Program-made: the position numbers and the translations under genes
DNA from: Hypanus sabinus
Taxonomy: Eukaryota
Direction: 5' to 3'
NCBI RefSeq assembly: GCF_030144855.1
Contig: NC_082731.1
Location: 21,142,001-21,206,000, forward strand
Length of the DNA stretch: 64,000 nt
The notes under the pieces: generated by a model
Database searches by the model: none
What the model saw: the letters and a program-made list of their open reading frames with translations, nothing else
What the model was told of the DNA's origin: nothing
In this document: piece after piece, positions 25,086 to 37,297 of the stretch
How positions within the stretch are numbered: position 1 is the first letter of the stretch
How the letters are laid out: each line of letters begins with the position of its first letter

Positions 25086-28000
25086 TTCTCCCGCCATAGA
25101 ATTTAGTCATGCCGTCATGACGCTCCAATAATTTTGCCAACCCTTCCTGCAAAACACAAAGCCCATCCCAAGTACAGAAGCAGCGACATAACTCCCCAAA
25201 CGTTTGGAGATCACACCCTGTTCCCCTGGGTGCTCGATATGACAACTATCTGGGGAGTGACTACTTCACTGACACCTGCGCACTCCCTCTTCTAACTCCT
25301 CCACCTCCGACATTACAGGAGACTCATGGAATCTATGACGCGAACCGCCCCGCGAGCGATCACCAAAGTTCATCTGCACCGCGGAATCCTCTATCTCTTG
25401 ATCAGGTCCTCATCCTCCTCTCCAACGCACTGTGGGACCCCCGACGGCACATCACTAACCCCCTTTAAACCGTCTAACCAAGTGGGGGAAGGGTCAGGAG
25501 CCTCCCCTTTCTTCACCGAGGCCTCAGTGAACGGCCAAATGCACCAATCGTCGCAGTCACCATCCTCCGATTCAGCATCCCTCACAGTGTCTGTGCCCAG
25601 ACACGTCTCTGTCGGTGGAGGCGTGGACGCAAAGTCCTTGTACGAGGTGCAGCCGGCACCTCTGGCTCCCGCTTCCTGTACAATTCGCCACAGCGGCAAC
25701 AGGTGATTCCGATGGAGAATCTTGAAGGGTCCCTTCCCATTCCCGGGCCGCACTCGGAAAACCGATAGGTTGGGCAACTGACTCTCCACCAAATAAGGCG
25801 TGCCCGAGCAGAAATCTACCAGCTTCTGCTTCCCAGGTAATCCCAAATTCCTTCTGGGGCTCGGTCTTTTGGCATGAGTTGGCAGAACTTGACTTTATGG
25901 TCATACCTCATCTTATTTCCCCGATTCTGCTTGGCGGCCGCCTCCACAGCCAGCTCATAAGACCTGTGTAGCTCTTTCTTCAAATCAGACACGCACTTCA
26001 AGTAAGGCTTTAACGGTACTTCACCCGGTGCAGTCCCGAAACAGCGGTAATTGTGCAACCTTGCCTCGCGCCCGAACATCAGAAAAATGGGGCAAGTACC
26101 CATCTCGTCATTGCGTGTACAGTTGTAACTGTGAACCAGATGTCCAATATGTTGTTTCCACCGACACTTTCTGCTGATTGCCAGAGTACCGAGCATGTCT
26201 GGCAATGTCCAATTAAACTTCTCCGGCTGTGGGTCGCTTTGCGCGTGATAGGACGTGGTCCTCGATTTCTCAATTCCCAGCATATCCTGTGGCTCATAGA
26301 TGAGCTATTTTCAACGTCCCGTCCCTGGTCACTGTGTATCCACCGGGGAAGGGCATACTGCACAAAATACCTCACCCATAACGCTTTCGCCACCGTAATC
26401 GCCCTCTGTTCCTTAGTAAGGAACACTTGAGTATAGCTTGTGTAATGATCTGTGATGACAAGACATTCACCGTGTTGGTTGTTTCGTGTTCTATGGCCAG
26501 GAAATCCATACGCAACAGACCCAAAGGCACCGCACTCTGCAAGTATGACAAAGGAGAAGTCTGCACATGCAGAATCTTCAGACGTATGCAATGTATGCAG
26601 GATTAGCAGTACTTCGTCGACCTTTGACCTCATTCGAGACAAATAAAACCGGACCAGCAACCCATAGGTCCTCCCTCAAGTGACCGGAGTCATCATTCAG
26701 TGACTTCATCACAACATTCGGTACTTCTCAGGAACGAACAGATGCCAACGTCGAGGTCGGTCCGGGGATGACGTTTCCTGTATAACATTTGGTTCTTCAA
26801 CCTCAACCGACTCCATTCTCTCAGTAACAGAGAAATTGAGCTGTGCTGTGTCTTCTCAACCTGGGCCAAGTCCCTCTTCTTTACTGCATCCTAAATAGTA
26901 CCACTGCCAGTGTTATCTCGCTGAGCAGCTGCCACGTCCCAGGACTCAACTCTGGCAGCTGTGTGGTCTTCAGAGCAATCATGTCACAGTAATCTTGGTG
27001 TAGCCCGTCATCGGACGCCCCCAATGAGCCAACTGCACGATGTGGCACAATCACCTTTTCCTCAGCATGCACGGTGAGAGCAAACTGACACAGGACCTTC
27101 ACCCCGGATGGAGAAATGGTCTCCCACATCTCGTCCCTCTCCAGGACTTCATGCCTCCTTCTGGAGAGGGGGTCTGCATCGACGTTCGGGCTACCCGGGC
27201 GATGATTCATGCTAATATCTTATATACACACAGGGCAGTCAACCACCAATAACCGGTGGCGTCCAGTTTCGCCGAGTTCAACAGGCTGGTAAGCGGGATT
27301 TTTCTGACCGCACCACAAACTTGGCTGGGTAGAGATAGTCACTCAACTTATCCACCACTTCCCATTTCACCGCCAGAAACTCCAACTTGTGAGTGGGAGA
27401 GATCCTCTCGGAGCGTGATCAACTCCGGCTGACAAACGATACTGGCCTCAGCCCGGCGCCCAAATCCTGATTCAAGACGGCCGCTTATCCCTCCCAAGGG
27501 ATCAGTGTGTAGAACATAGGGCAATCAGGGGTCCGCAAAAGGCAGCACTGGCACCTGAGTCAGTATCTTCTTTCGGGACTGAGAAGTCACTTCACGTTGG
27601 TCACCCGATCACTGTCCGAGGGCTCTGAAAAGTTTAAATGCACTCCAGCCTTCCGTCCTTTAAGTCCTTACCATTTTTGTCCTAGAGGAGGGCAGCCACG
27701 CAGAAGGTGGTTCGAGGGATGGCTCACCTTGGCGTAGCCATTCACGAATATCCTGTAGTATTCACAAAGCCACAAGAACGAGTGCAGAGCGCTCTGAGTC
27801 TGAGGCCTCAGCCAGGTGGTCATTGCTTCGATCTCAGTCGGGTGTAGCTACTCTACTTCTCAAAATTTTATGTCTATCATAGCTAACAGACATCTGGCAA
27901 AACAAGCACGTCCAGGGAAAGATTAAACCCTTCATCCTTCAGCGGGTTGAGCACCTTCATTAATCTCGCTTCGTGTTCCTCCAAGGTGGATACAAATACT

Positions 28001-28764
28001 ATCAGATCGTCCAAATATACCAACACTTCAAGCAAATTCATATAGCCCACGGTTTTCCTCATGACCTCTGGAAGTTGGCAGGACCCCGGTATGCCATGGG
28101 GCATCCATTCGATCTCGTAAATTCCCAGAGGGTATATAAAAGCCGTCTTCTCCTCATCTATCTCACTCATTAGGATCTGGTAATGTCCACTCCTCAAATC
28201 AAACACGCTGAAACACGTCTCCCCACTCAGACAGGCCAGCGCCTCTTCGACCGTGGAGACCGTATACTGGTCTGGGATGGTGCGCTTATTCAGGGTCCGA
28301 TAGTCCACACAAATTCGAATCTTCCCGTTTTTCTTCCTGGCCACGACTATCGGGGACGTATAAGGGCTGCGAGACTCCGTAATGATCCCAACTTCCTTCA
28401 ACATACACAAATGCTGCCGCACATACTCGATGTCTGCAGGGGCCATTTGCGAGACCTTTCTCGAAACGGGGTGTCCTCAGTCACCCGGATGGTGTGGTGA
28501 GTGTTCCTGGAACAGCGCACGTCAAACTCGTCTAGAGAAAAATCATCTTTCAGCGTCAATATCTTCTCCACCATCATCCACTTTCAACTGTCCAGCGCAG
28601 GCGAGACACCAAAAGTCTCCTCCAATGTTTCTAGCTACTCCCTCCAGAAAACCAAGGGTTTGCTACCTTTCACGTCTTTAACTGCTTCAACTGCCAGCCC
28701 TCTTACACTGGCAAATAAACCCTGCTGCTTCATTTCCTCAGAACACTGGAGCTCACGCCTCCAG

Positions 28765-29111
28765 TTCCAACCACAACGACCTTCCGAGCCTTCGGCTGTC
28801 TTCCGAGCTGCCGATGTTCATTATCCGCAGCCCTGGAATCGCTGTCCGCTCTTCACACGAACATCCTCCTCGCTCGCCTCCCGAAGAAGACAGCGAACTC
28901 CCAGTCAGCTCACACATGCAAGATAGCAGATCAATTCTCCATTGGTTAGTTCCCCCCGTATCTGCAGTGATAACCCAAACATTCCAGATACAGAAACCCA
29001 TTGCAGCTTTGAGTAACATTACAGAAAAGTCATTTCATTATAACTATCCAGACAAGCAATGTTGTTTACCTGAACAGTTAACAGCACAGTTAATATTACG
29101 AGAGCCCTACA
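28765..29111 (-). repeat. Truncated 5' LTR of the 24.5-29.1 kb Gypsy element
   Basis: Shares tcctcctcgctcgcctcccgaa, ttctccattggtta and tgagtaacatta with the left LTR. Confidence 0.75.
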
Positions 29112-31879
29112 GACCAAACTTACTTTTCTTCCTCAGCTGTTTTTTGTCTTTTTTAAACATGCAAAATCTATCGATCACCTGGAAAAGACCGTCAAGATAA
29201 TTTGAGTAAACTGTTAGGGCAATAAAAGGGCTTTGATCTCCCGTGTAAAAGTTTTTTTTTTAATTTCCAGACGTCCAAATTGTGCATGCATGTATTGTAA
29301 ATTTTGGCCAACATTTTATGGCTTTGTACCCCAACTCCAGCTTGTTGCTTGAATAAATAATACATAAATACATAACTATCGGATAATAAATATCTAATTA
29401 ACTGACTGAAAACGTAACAGAAATAGATAAACGAATAAACACATGAGCAAATTGTCAGAAAATAATTAAATCATTAGAAATATTATTAAAGTAATCAATA
29501 AACAATTGATAACACAGACGAACAGATAAATAGATAGTTCTGTAGATAAAAACATAACAATAAATAATCAAAAAACAAACGAATATCTAAATGCTTTTGA
29601 AATAATTGAGCAGCTTCAGAGTTAATACAGCTTCTCATGATGATACAGCAAAAATTATTCAACTACTTTTGGAAGGTGAGACTACTCTGGAATATACCAA
29701 GGCGATTCGTAAATCGAGTTACTTCCAGTCCCACGAGCTTTACTGTTCAATTACTTGTATGTTCTGAAGCACAACACTCCTGTCAAATAATATCGCGCAT
29801 ATGTTATTTTGTTGTCTATTACTGAGATTTTCAAAATGATCTTTCAAAACACAACGCTCTCGTTGCTCAACATTCAAGTAGTACAAAAATACAGACTGTT
29901 AGACCAAAAAGTAAATTTGAAATCGAAATACTGTCGCAAACGTCGCCGTTTCATGCTGTTTAGAGATTTATCACGCGAAACATGGAGTGTCGAAAGTGTA
30001 ATGCAAGAACTGCCCAACTAAGGAGCAATCCGTTTCTGCTTCTGAACACACAGATACTTCTACTCCCGTGCTGTGAACAAATCAATTCATATATGGCCAA
30101 ATAAAGGAAATGGAATTTGATATGCGGTTAGAGTGAATTTTGGTTTCACCATTTACCTTTTGTTGGTGAATTTTGGATTCATTAGCAGAAGCAATTTTAA
30201 GGAGCTACCGCAATGCACTTTAAAGGGTTTCATCGTACTAGAAAAATACAAATACCGTGGGCATTTAATTTAATTTATCTGTCTTCTATAAACGATGTAC
30301 ATTTTGTAAGTCCAAATTCATCCGACCTCGCACCGAACATATGAGTTGCAGGGCGTACAAATTGTTATTTATTTACTTAAATACTCGTAAGTTTGTTTGA
30401 TTGTTTACTTTATTAATAATTATACGTTGAAGAATGTTCTCGTTTTGCACTTCGAGGGACGCACATCTGCAATATTCTGGTTAAACCCTAACCTAATATG
30501 CTACAATTTTCAATAATTAATCAGCTTATCAAAGCCAGCTGGACTTCGGTTGTTGGAGGAAATCAGAGAACCTAACATCAATTCCGCGTGGTCTGTGCGA
30601 AGTACAAGAATGTTTTGCTAGCCAGTACGCTACTGTGTAGCTGTTTGAACTCTACCTCCTTTTATGAAACTCGAGGGAACTATTTTTTCCCAAAACTGTT
30701 GTGGACCCTCATCGTTAATCAATCACCATCGATTATCTAAGTTTGAAGTTGACTTCCTGGCCATCGCCACCATAGTAGCTTCAGCAGGCTTCGAGATATT
30801 TCTCTTGCTGTAAGACTCCAGCAACAGCCTTTGACGTCATGGGATTTTGAAAGCATATCCCTCTTCGCGAACGTTCTTCTCACAAGTTCGACCAGAATAT
30901 TGTCATTTGATGCCGGCGGCGTAAATTTCGGTATTCTACCAAGCAAATCTGTTATCGCAACTGATTCCGTGTTTCGTGGCAGGCTGCTAGACGTCCCTAA
31001 CTCTTTATTTTGCATATTTAGGAAGTAAACGACAAACCTTATATTTCAGCTTCAGGCCAAACATTTATACAGCCAAAGAATAAGGCGTTAAACGTGACGA
31101 TATTGCAGCTATGCTTGTTCATGCTTAATATTCTTGTGGTGATACATATTCTAGTTGCAGGTTGCACGCAAAATGATTCCAAAATAAGAAATACTCTCTA
31201 TTGCAGTAGCTGGTGAGAATGCAGCCCAGTTTCTCTTGTTGATGTTGATGTTTATTGAGAATTTTCTCAGCATGGAATTAACAAGAAACCGGCTTAATGG
31301 AAATAGTTCAATTTGTACTTGAACACATTAAACATTTGCTTCTGTCGCTCCGTTTCTGTACCGACCCTTGTACACAGTGTGGGCCTTTAAAGAACTTCTT
31401 AAGCAATTAGGTCAGAGCATTTATGATGTGGCTGAACATGTGTACATTGTAAATTAATAAATAGCTAAACATGCAGTTAGATAGATTGAGGACAACAGGA
31501 AAGGAAGCTCGGTAAAATTTAAGTATTATGCCGGAAATAGTTTCTGCTGGTTCCTGTTGTTTTCATCACAAACCGTTGGTATGATTCCTTTAAGTGCAGT
31601 ATTAGCATATCGAGCAACCCATCTATCGGTGCCTCTCACCTTAAAGCCCTGACTATAGTGAAGGATATGGTGGCTTCCAACTATGAAGTTTTCTGTTGAT
31701 ATTGTGCATATTTCGCTGCCTTGTTTCCTAGCCACCGGTACTTCATCAGAGCAAAATGAAAAAGTGGCACATTACAACAAGCTGCTTGAACAAATCTTAT
31801 CATTTTCCACATAACTTGTGTACCTTGATTACCATAATTTCATTCCGATCGGCAATTCATTTGAATTGTCAGTTTTCGA

Positions 31880-33270
31880 AGGTGTTTAGAACAGAGTCAA
31901 TTCTGTTGGGCACATCGTCTCTCAAGGATGAAGTAGCTCTGGATTGAGCCAAAATTGAGACGGTGACCTGCTAGCCAAGACCACGGACTGCGAGTGCCCT
32001 GCTTGGATTCTGCTGGTACTGTCGGAGGTCCATGAAGGAGTACTCCAAAGTAAAACACTCAATGAATCTGTTTCGGTGCGCTTAGCCTTCCTCAGGGACA
32101 AACGTGAGTATGACAACAGGAGGGAAAGGTAAATATTACCTTAGCTTTCCGGAGTGAGATGAGATGCGAAAGGCTAAGAGGCCTTTCCGTCACTGAAGGA
32201 GCGAGTGACGAATGCGTCTGCGCTATTTTTGCAGACAGCGATTGACGTATGTACTGCATAGGATGCCAGCAGAGTGGGCGTAGAGGTGTTTGTTATCACG
32301 ATCAGGACCCAGGTTTGCACGTGTCGCATTTGTCAGACACAACCTGTCACCCTATAAGAAAAAAAGTAACGAACACAGAATTTGGAATTCCTGGTATTGA
32401 GATGGGTTGTGGTGCATAAGTTAACTAACTCCTTCCATGGTGCCAAGTGTGAGGTGAGGACGGACAACAATCCTGTATCTTATACCTTATACCTTGCAAT
32501 TGCGAAAAGTCACCGTCGGTGACTGACGGCGCTGTTTGCCTATGATTTCATACTGAAACATCGGCCGGGAAGTAGGAGCATTGATTGCGAATGAAAGGCT
32601 GGATAGGTGTCATAGAGTGGAAAAGCGTTCCCGTCCCAGGCGTGAAAGCCATGTATTAGTTTCCATCACGGTGAAAGCCGGGTAAAGGCAAGGCCGGATC
32701 GAGAGGAGCTTCTGATTGTTTCTACTGGCGCTCGTTGAAGCCATGCGTCAAGGAATACTGTTGGTCGTTCAATTGATGTATGCGGAAGTAAACGCTGCTG
32801 ACGAAGGCTGTTCCGTTCTCCCAGGTGAAAAATGCGGCGCCAAAGGATCTGATTTGTATGGATTTTCTATCAATAGACCCGGATGCCAGGAACATTGCAA
32901 ATAACATTTTTATTACTGATACCTACATCATTTATGCGCAAACGTCCCTTAACAAGGGTCAGTGGGCGTCACATGGAGCAAAAATGTTATAGGAGAATTA
33001 TTAATTTATTGACGCCTCCCCAGGTGGATACACGGCGATCAGGGACAGGATTCTGATACTAAGCTCATATATCCGTTACTGATTCTGCTTGAAGTCGAGA
33101 AGTCAAGGACTGCGCCTTATCACCCGCATGATGATCCCTAGCTCAAAAGTTCCAATTGGACTTTGTTAGAGATGGGGATCAGCAAAAAAAAAAATAGAGT
33201 CAACACATTGGATACAGTTTTCAGGGTAAAACCAGAAGATGGGATGGGCATGCTAATATTGTCAATTGGA
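31880..33270 (+). mobile_element. Gypsy pol relic, duplicated copy of the 2130-4650 relic
   Basis: Same 5' truncation point (ctgttgggcacatcgtctctc) and collinear similarity. Confidence 0.75.
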
Positions 33271-33399
33271 ACTACGATCTACCTCTGAAGTTATATCACA
33301 TTTTGTACGGTTCGTATATTACGTTGGACTCAGTAAGGCTGGTATTTAAAGGATTACTGTGAATGCAGAGTAGCGGAGCAGGGGGGCTGCAGGGTAGAC

Positions 33400-33600
33400 G
33401 GGTATCCGCTTGAGTTACCTGGAAAAATCGGTGGTAGTCGATTGCATTCACAATGACCATAGGGTTGTTTCGACGGCACGGAGTTACTGTGCCACCCCAA
33501 TAACTTCTGAGATTATCCGGTGAAGGAAGCTGTTGAAATGAAACTAGAGAAAGACGAAATTATCCCTATAAATAAAACTAAGTCGACTAAAAATTACGCG
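33400..33600 (+). mobile_element. Penelope-like GIY-YIG 3' fragment
   Basis: Degenerate KSVVVDCIHN...DYPVKEAVEMKLEK, resembling the PLE endonuclease C-terminus. Confidence 0.4.
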
Positions 33601-33899
33601 GAGCAACAGAAGCCTTATTGGAAGAAGACTATCGCATCAAGGGGGCAATGAACAGTCGTATATATTCCATAAGGCGAATTCCATTATCCCTGAAGTAGAT
33701 GGCAGAGTCCGTAAGCGAAGCATCTCTGAACGTCTTTGTTGAACAGGTGGACCATTTGGGACAAAGAGATCACTAGACTCCGCCGCCTCCGATGATTGGC
33801 TTTCCGTGATTTTCGCAGGGAGTTCTTCAGCATGGCCCCAGAAAATTTCAACTTTTACAGACGACAATGACGCACAATTTTTTCAGTTAGCCAGAGGAC

Positions 33900-34700
33900 T
33901 ATAAGAGATTGGAACAGAAGGAGACGAGGAAGATTGAATAGTATTCAGCCCATCTGGCCTGCATTGTCATTGTATCATGGGTCATTTATTATCCCTATCA
34001 ACTGTATTGTCCCCGTAACCTCTAACCCCTTGAATAATTTTAAACAAAATGAAAACAAAATAGGATCACACCACGTTTGAAACGCAGTCAATTTCGTGCG
34101 AATGGCAGTAAAGTCCACAAATTCGAAGACGCTTAGCTAATTAAATTCTTCCTCCTATCTGTTCTAAATCGGCATCCCTCTATTCTGAGTCAGCGTCTTC
34201 TTGTCCTAGACAGAGATGCTGATAACATCCTCTTTACAGACGCTCTGTTCATGCCTTTCAGTATTTGATGTCATTCAATGTGAAAATCCTTTAATTCTTC
34301 GGAATTCCAGCCAAAACCTGCGTATCGCCATCCAGTGCCAAGAGAGCTCTCCAATGCCAGGACATCTTTTCTGAGAAAAGCGGTCGAAAACTGAACGCAA
34401 TTCTCCAAATGCGGTACTCCCACCTTGGGGCCCTTCTCTGGAAACGAAGGCTTTGAAAACCAAAGTGACCTGAGGTCGGGAATATGCCTTCCGAAGCGTG
34501 TTGCAGTGATGTGAAAAACCACTCTCTGGACTTAGTGATCAATCCAATGACAAATTTGTTCCAGACACGGCAAGTGTGGTGAAACTCATAGATGTAGTGG
34601 GGCAAATATAAATTCTCAGATAGCTAGATGGATGAAAGAAAATGAATGTTGGGATATGTAGGATGCAAAAGTTAAATTATTCTTAGAGTCGGTTAAATAT
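33900..34700 (-). mobile_element. CR1 LINE 3' fragment
   Basis: GVPHLENCVQFSTAFLRKDVLALE motif. Confidence 0.7.
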
Positions 34701-34885
34701 TCGGCTCAGTTTTGTGTGCGAAATGCCAATATTGCACCGCAGTGTTCTGTTCTATATCAGATTCTCACTGGATTCAAGAAAATCATACACGCTCGGTGAA
34801 AAGATGATGTTATTGCTCTTCACAGGATCCATACATCAGTTCTTTTAAGAGTTTTGCAGCAGAAGCTGTCGACCACGTAATATTA

Positions 34886-35117
34886 NNNNNNNNNNNNNNN
34901 NNNNNNNNNNNNNNNNNNNNNNNNNNNNNNNNNNNNNNNNNNNNNNNNNNNNNNNNNNNNNNNNNNNNNNNNNNNNNNNNNNNNNNNNNNNNNNNNNNNN
35001 NNNNNNNNNNNNNNNNNNNNNNNNNNNNNNNNNNNNNNNNNNNNNNNNNNNNNNNNNNNNNNNNNNNNNNNNNNNNNNNNNNNNNNNNNNNNNNNNNNNN
35101 NNNNNNNNNNNNNNNNN
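34886..35117. other. Assembly gap (232 N)
   Basis: Run of N. Confidence 0.99.
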
Positions 35118-36639
35118 GAGACTGAGAATGGACTTCATAAAGTTCCATACAGACTTAATGCTGCACGAAAATTTGGAATATAAAAGTTGTATTGTATGTC
35201 GCAGTCTACAATAGGACATTTCATGCACTCTACCAATCCCGAATTCCAAAGTCTAATTTTAGAAGGAATGCTGTATTTTATTGGTAATTTTATGGGTATT
35301 GAAATGCCTCCATACTTTTAAGGATTCTTTAATGTGTCTGTTTTTTTCAAAATACCTCTGACTTGGAACAGTGCAGCAGTAAACTCATTCTGTATTGGGT
35401 GGGAATTTTTATGAGATTTGCCTTCGTCGCATCTTGTCCATGGTACTGACAATTGAATTTGTTAAAAGACAATTGTCACTCCAGTGTGATCATGCCTAGG
35501 GCATGGATGGGTATAAAAGAGCATGCTGCACGAAGAGCTCCGTCTCTGTTTCATTCAGTCATCACCGATCGATTGTTATCGATGTGGCAGCAGAGACACG
35601 TTCTTTTAAATCTTATATTGAGACACTGTAAGTTGGGCAGCCCGCTGGTGGAGAGGCTGACACAAAACTTTTCAGTATCAGAGACCCAAGTTCAATTTCT
35701 GCACTGTCTGTCAGGAGGTTGTAGGTTCAAGCCGTGATGCATAGATTTCCTCCGCGTATTTAAGTTTTTCTTATGGTCCAAACCCCTGCTAATGCATAGG
35801 ATAATACGATATGGTAAATTTTGACGTGATTCGGTTTGCTGGGTCAAATCCGGTTGATTGGAGACCATAATAAAAGGAGGAATGATGTCAGTAATCACTT
35901 GAGCATTAAATTTTCACAAGGCTGTGCTTGCACACTGAGCCAAGCAGTATGAACATTGGAACAGAGGATCAACAAAGCGACTGCACATTTATAGAGTTAA
36001 TAGCAGTCTAGAAATATATGAACAGGATATTTTCAGGAAATGGAGAAAAATATGTCCTTTTATTCCAGAATTGAGATCAAGATCTTTATCTTCACATTCT
36101 TCTTACTTTCAAGATAAGTTTATGTACATTACGTTTTCGCACTAAAACTTCGTTTGCAACAAAATGGGGAGAAATTACCGAAAGTCTGATACATCAATAT
36201 TCATGTCATCAGGTCGGAAGGTACAGAGTGAGAACATGAAGTGTTGCTCCTCAAAACTGAGATCGTCCTCACCGCGGCAGTAGAAGAGCCCAAGTATCAA
36301 GAAATCATTATGAGAATGGGAAGTAGTATTGATATTTGTGATGATTTCGATATCGGCTTCTTGACTGTTCATTCAAACCTGGAACATCCGGATATATAGA
36401 GAATTCGGCCTCAATTGTTCCTTGTGAAATTGGATGTTCGATCTCCACACCTAGCGACTCAGTCTGTTCGTTTAGGCGGCAATATCTCACCCAGAATCTG
36501 CATCAGCACAGTTACACCACAGGTTGTTGTGCTTTGCACCTCTACTATACTTAAACATATGACTATGTGACTAACATCAGTTTAAGTGCCATATTTACAT
36601 TTGCTCACAAAATAGTCTGCCGAATCAAATCTGATGACG

Positions 36640-37110
36640 AATCAGCATAGAGGAAAGAGCCTGAAATCTGTCTGAATTGTGCCACAACAATGCTATCTTA
36701 CACAACGTGAACAAGAGATGATTGCTAATATCAGGTGGAGGAAACCTGAGGTACATGTACCAGACCTTATCAGGGGAATCAGAGTTAGAGAGAGTCAACA
36801 ACTTCAAATTCCTTGGAGGACCGGCATTGTGTAGTTTCGAAGAAAGCGCAGCAGTGCCACTAATTACTGACGCCCACCACCCTGGACGGCCAGGTACATC
36901 AGCGATAAAGCATTCCACATCACTGAGATTCTCTACAGGGATCGTTGTCGCATAAAAGCAGCATCCATGATCAGGGACCGCCACCACCCAGGTCATGCTC
37001 CCTACTCGGTTTCCCATCAAGAAGAAGGTACTTAAGTCTCTAGACTCACGTCTCCAGGTTAAAGAAAATATCTTACTTCTCAAAAATCCGACTGTTGGAC
37101 CAGTCTCCAG
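36640..37110 (+). mobile_element. Rex1/Babar-like LINE 3' fragment
   Basis: ELERVNNFKFLG and a degenerate IKDPHHPGHA-like segment (gggaccgccaccacccaggtcatgc). Confidence 0.6.
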
Positions 37111-37133
37111 TCTGCTGTTCGAACTCCATATTT

Positions 37134-37297
37134 NNNNNNNNNNNNNNNNNNNNNNNNNNNNNNNNNNNNNNNNNNNNNNNNNNNNNNNNNNNNNNNNNNN
37201 NNNNNNNNNNNNNNNNNNNNNNNNNNNNNNNNNNNNNNNNNNNNNNNNNNNNNNNNNNNNNNNNNNNNNNNNNNNNNNNNNNNNNNNNNNNNNNNNN
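37134..37297. other. Assembly gap (164 N)
   Basis: Run of N. Confidence 0.99.

Larger units (their letters stand above)
24479..29111 (-). mobile_element. Gypsy LTR retrotransposon with both LTR ends, gag deleted, pol decayed
   Basis: Starts TGTAG at 24479 and ends CTACA at 29111. Direct repeats at about 24740-25085 and 28765-29111; PPT-like GGCGGGAGAA at 25086-25095. RT KIRICVDYRTLN...LVYLDDLIVF; integrase MDFLAIE and ILHRNHLLPL. The flanks rejoin in the 50980 paralog. Confidence 0.9.
20400..30500 (+). repeat. V-less copy of the V2 duplication unit (paralog of about 44000-45707 joined to 49476-52400), carrying the private Gypsy insertion
   Basis: 21130-21474 aligns to 45350-45707, 21470-24478 aligns to 49476-50980 (with an extra, unaligned stretch at about 23100-24200), and 29112-30500 aligns to 50980-52400. 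Confidence 0.8.

Noticed and set aside
25326-26646. Several plus-strand ORFs of 60-127 aa
   Set aside because: Antisense shadows of the Gypsy pol; most other short ORFs in the track are likewise transposon-derived or random.
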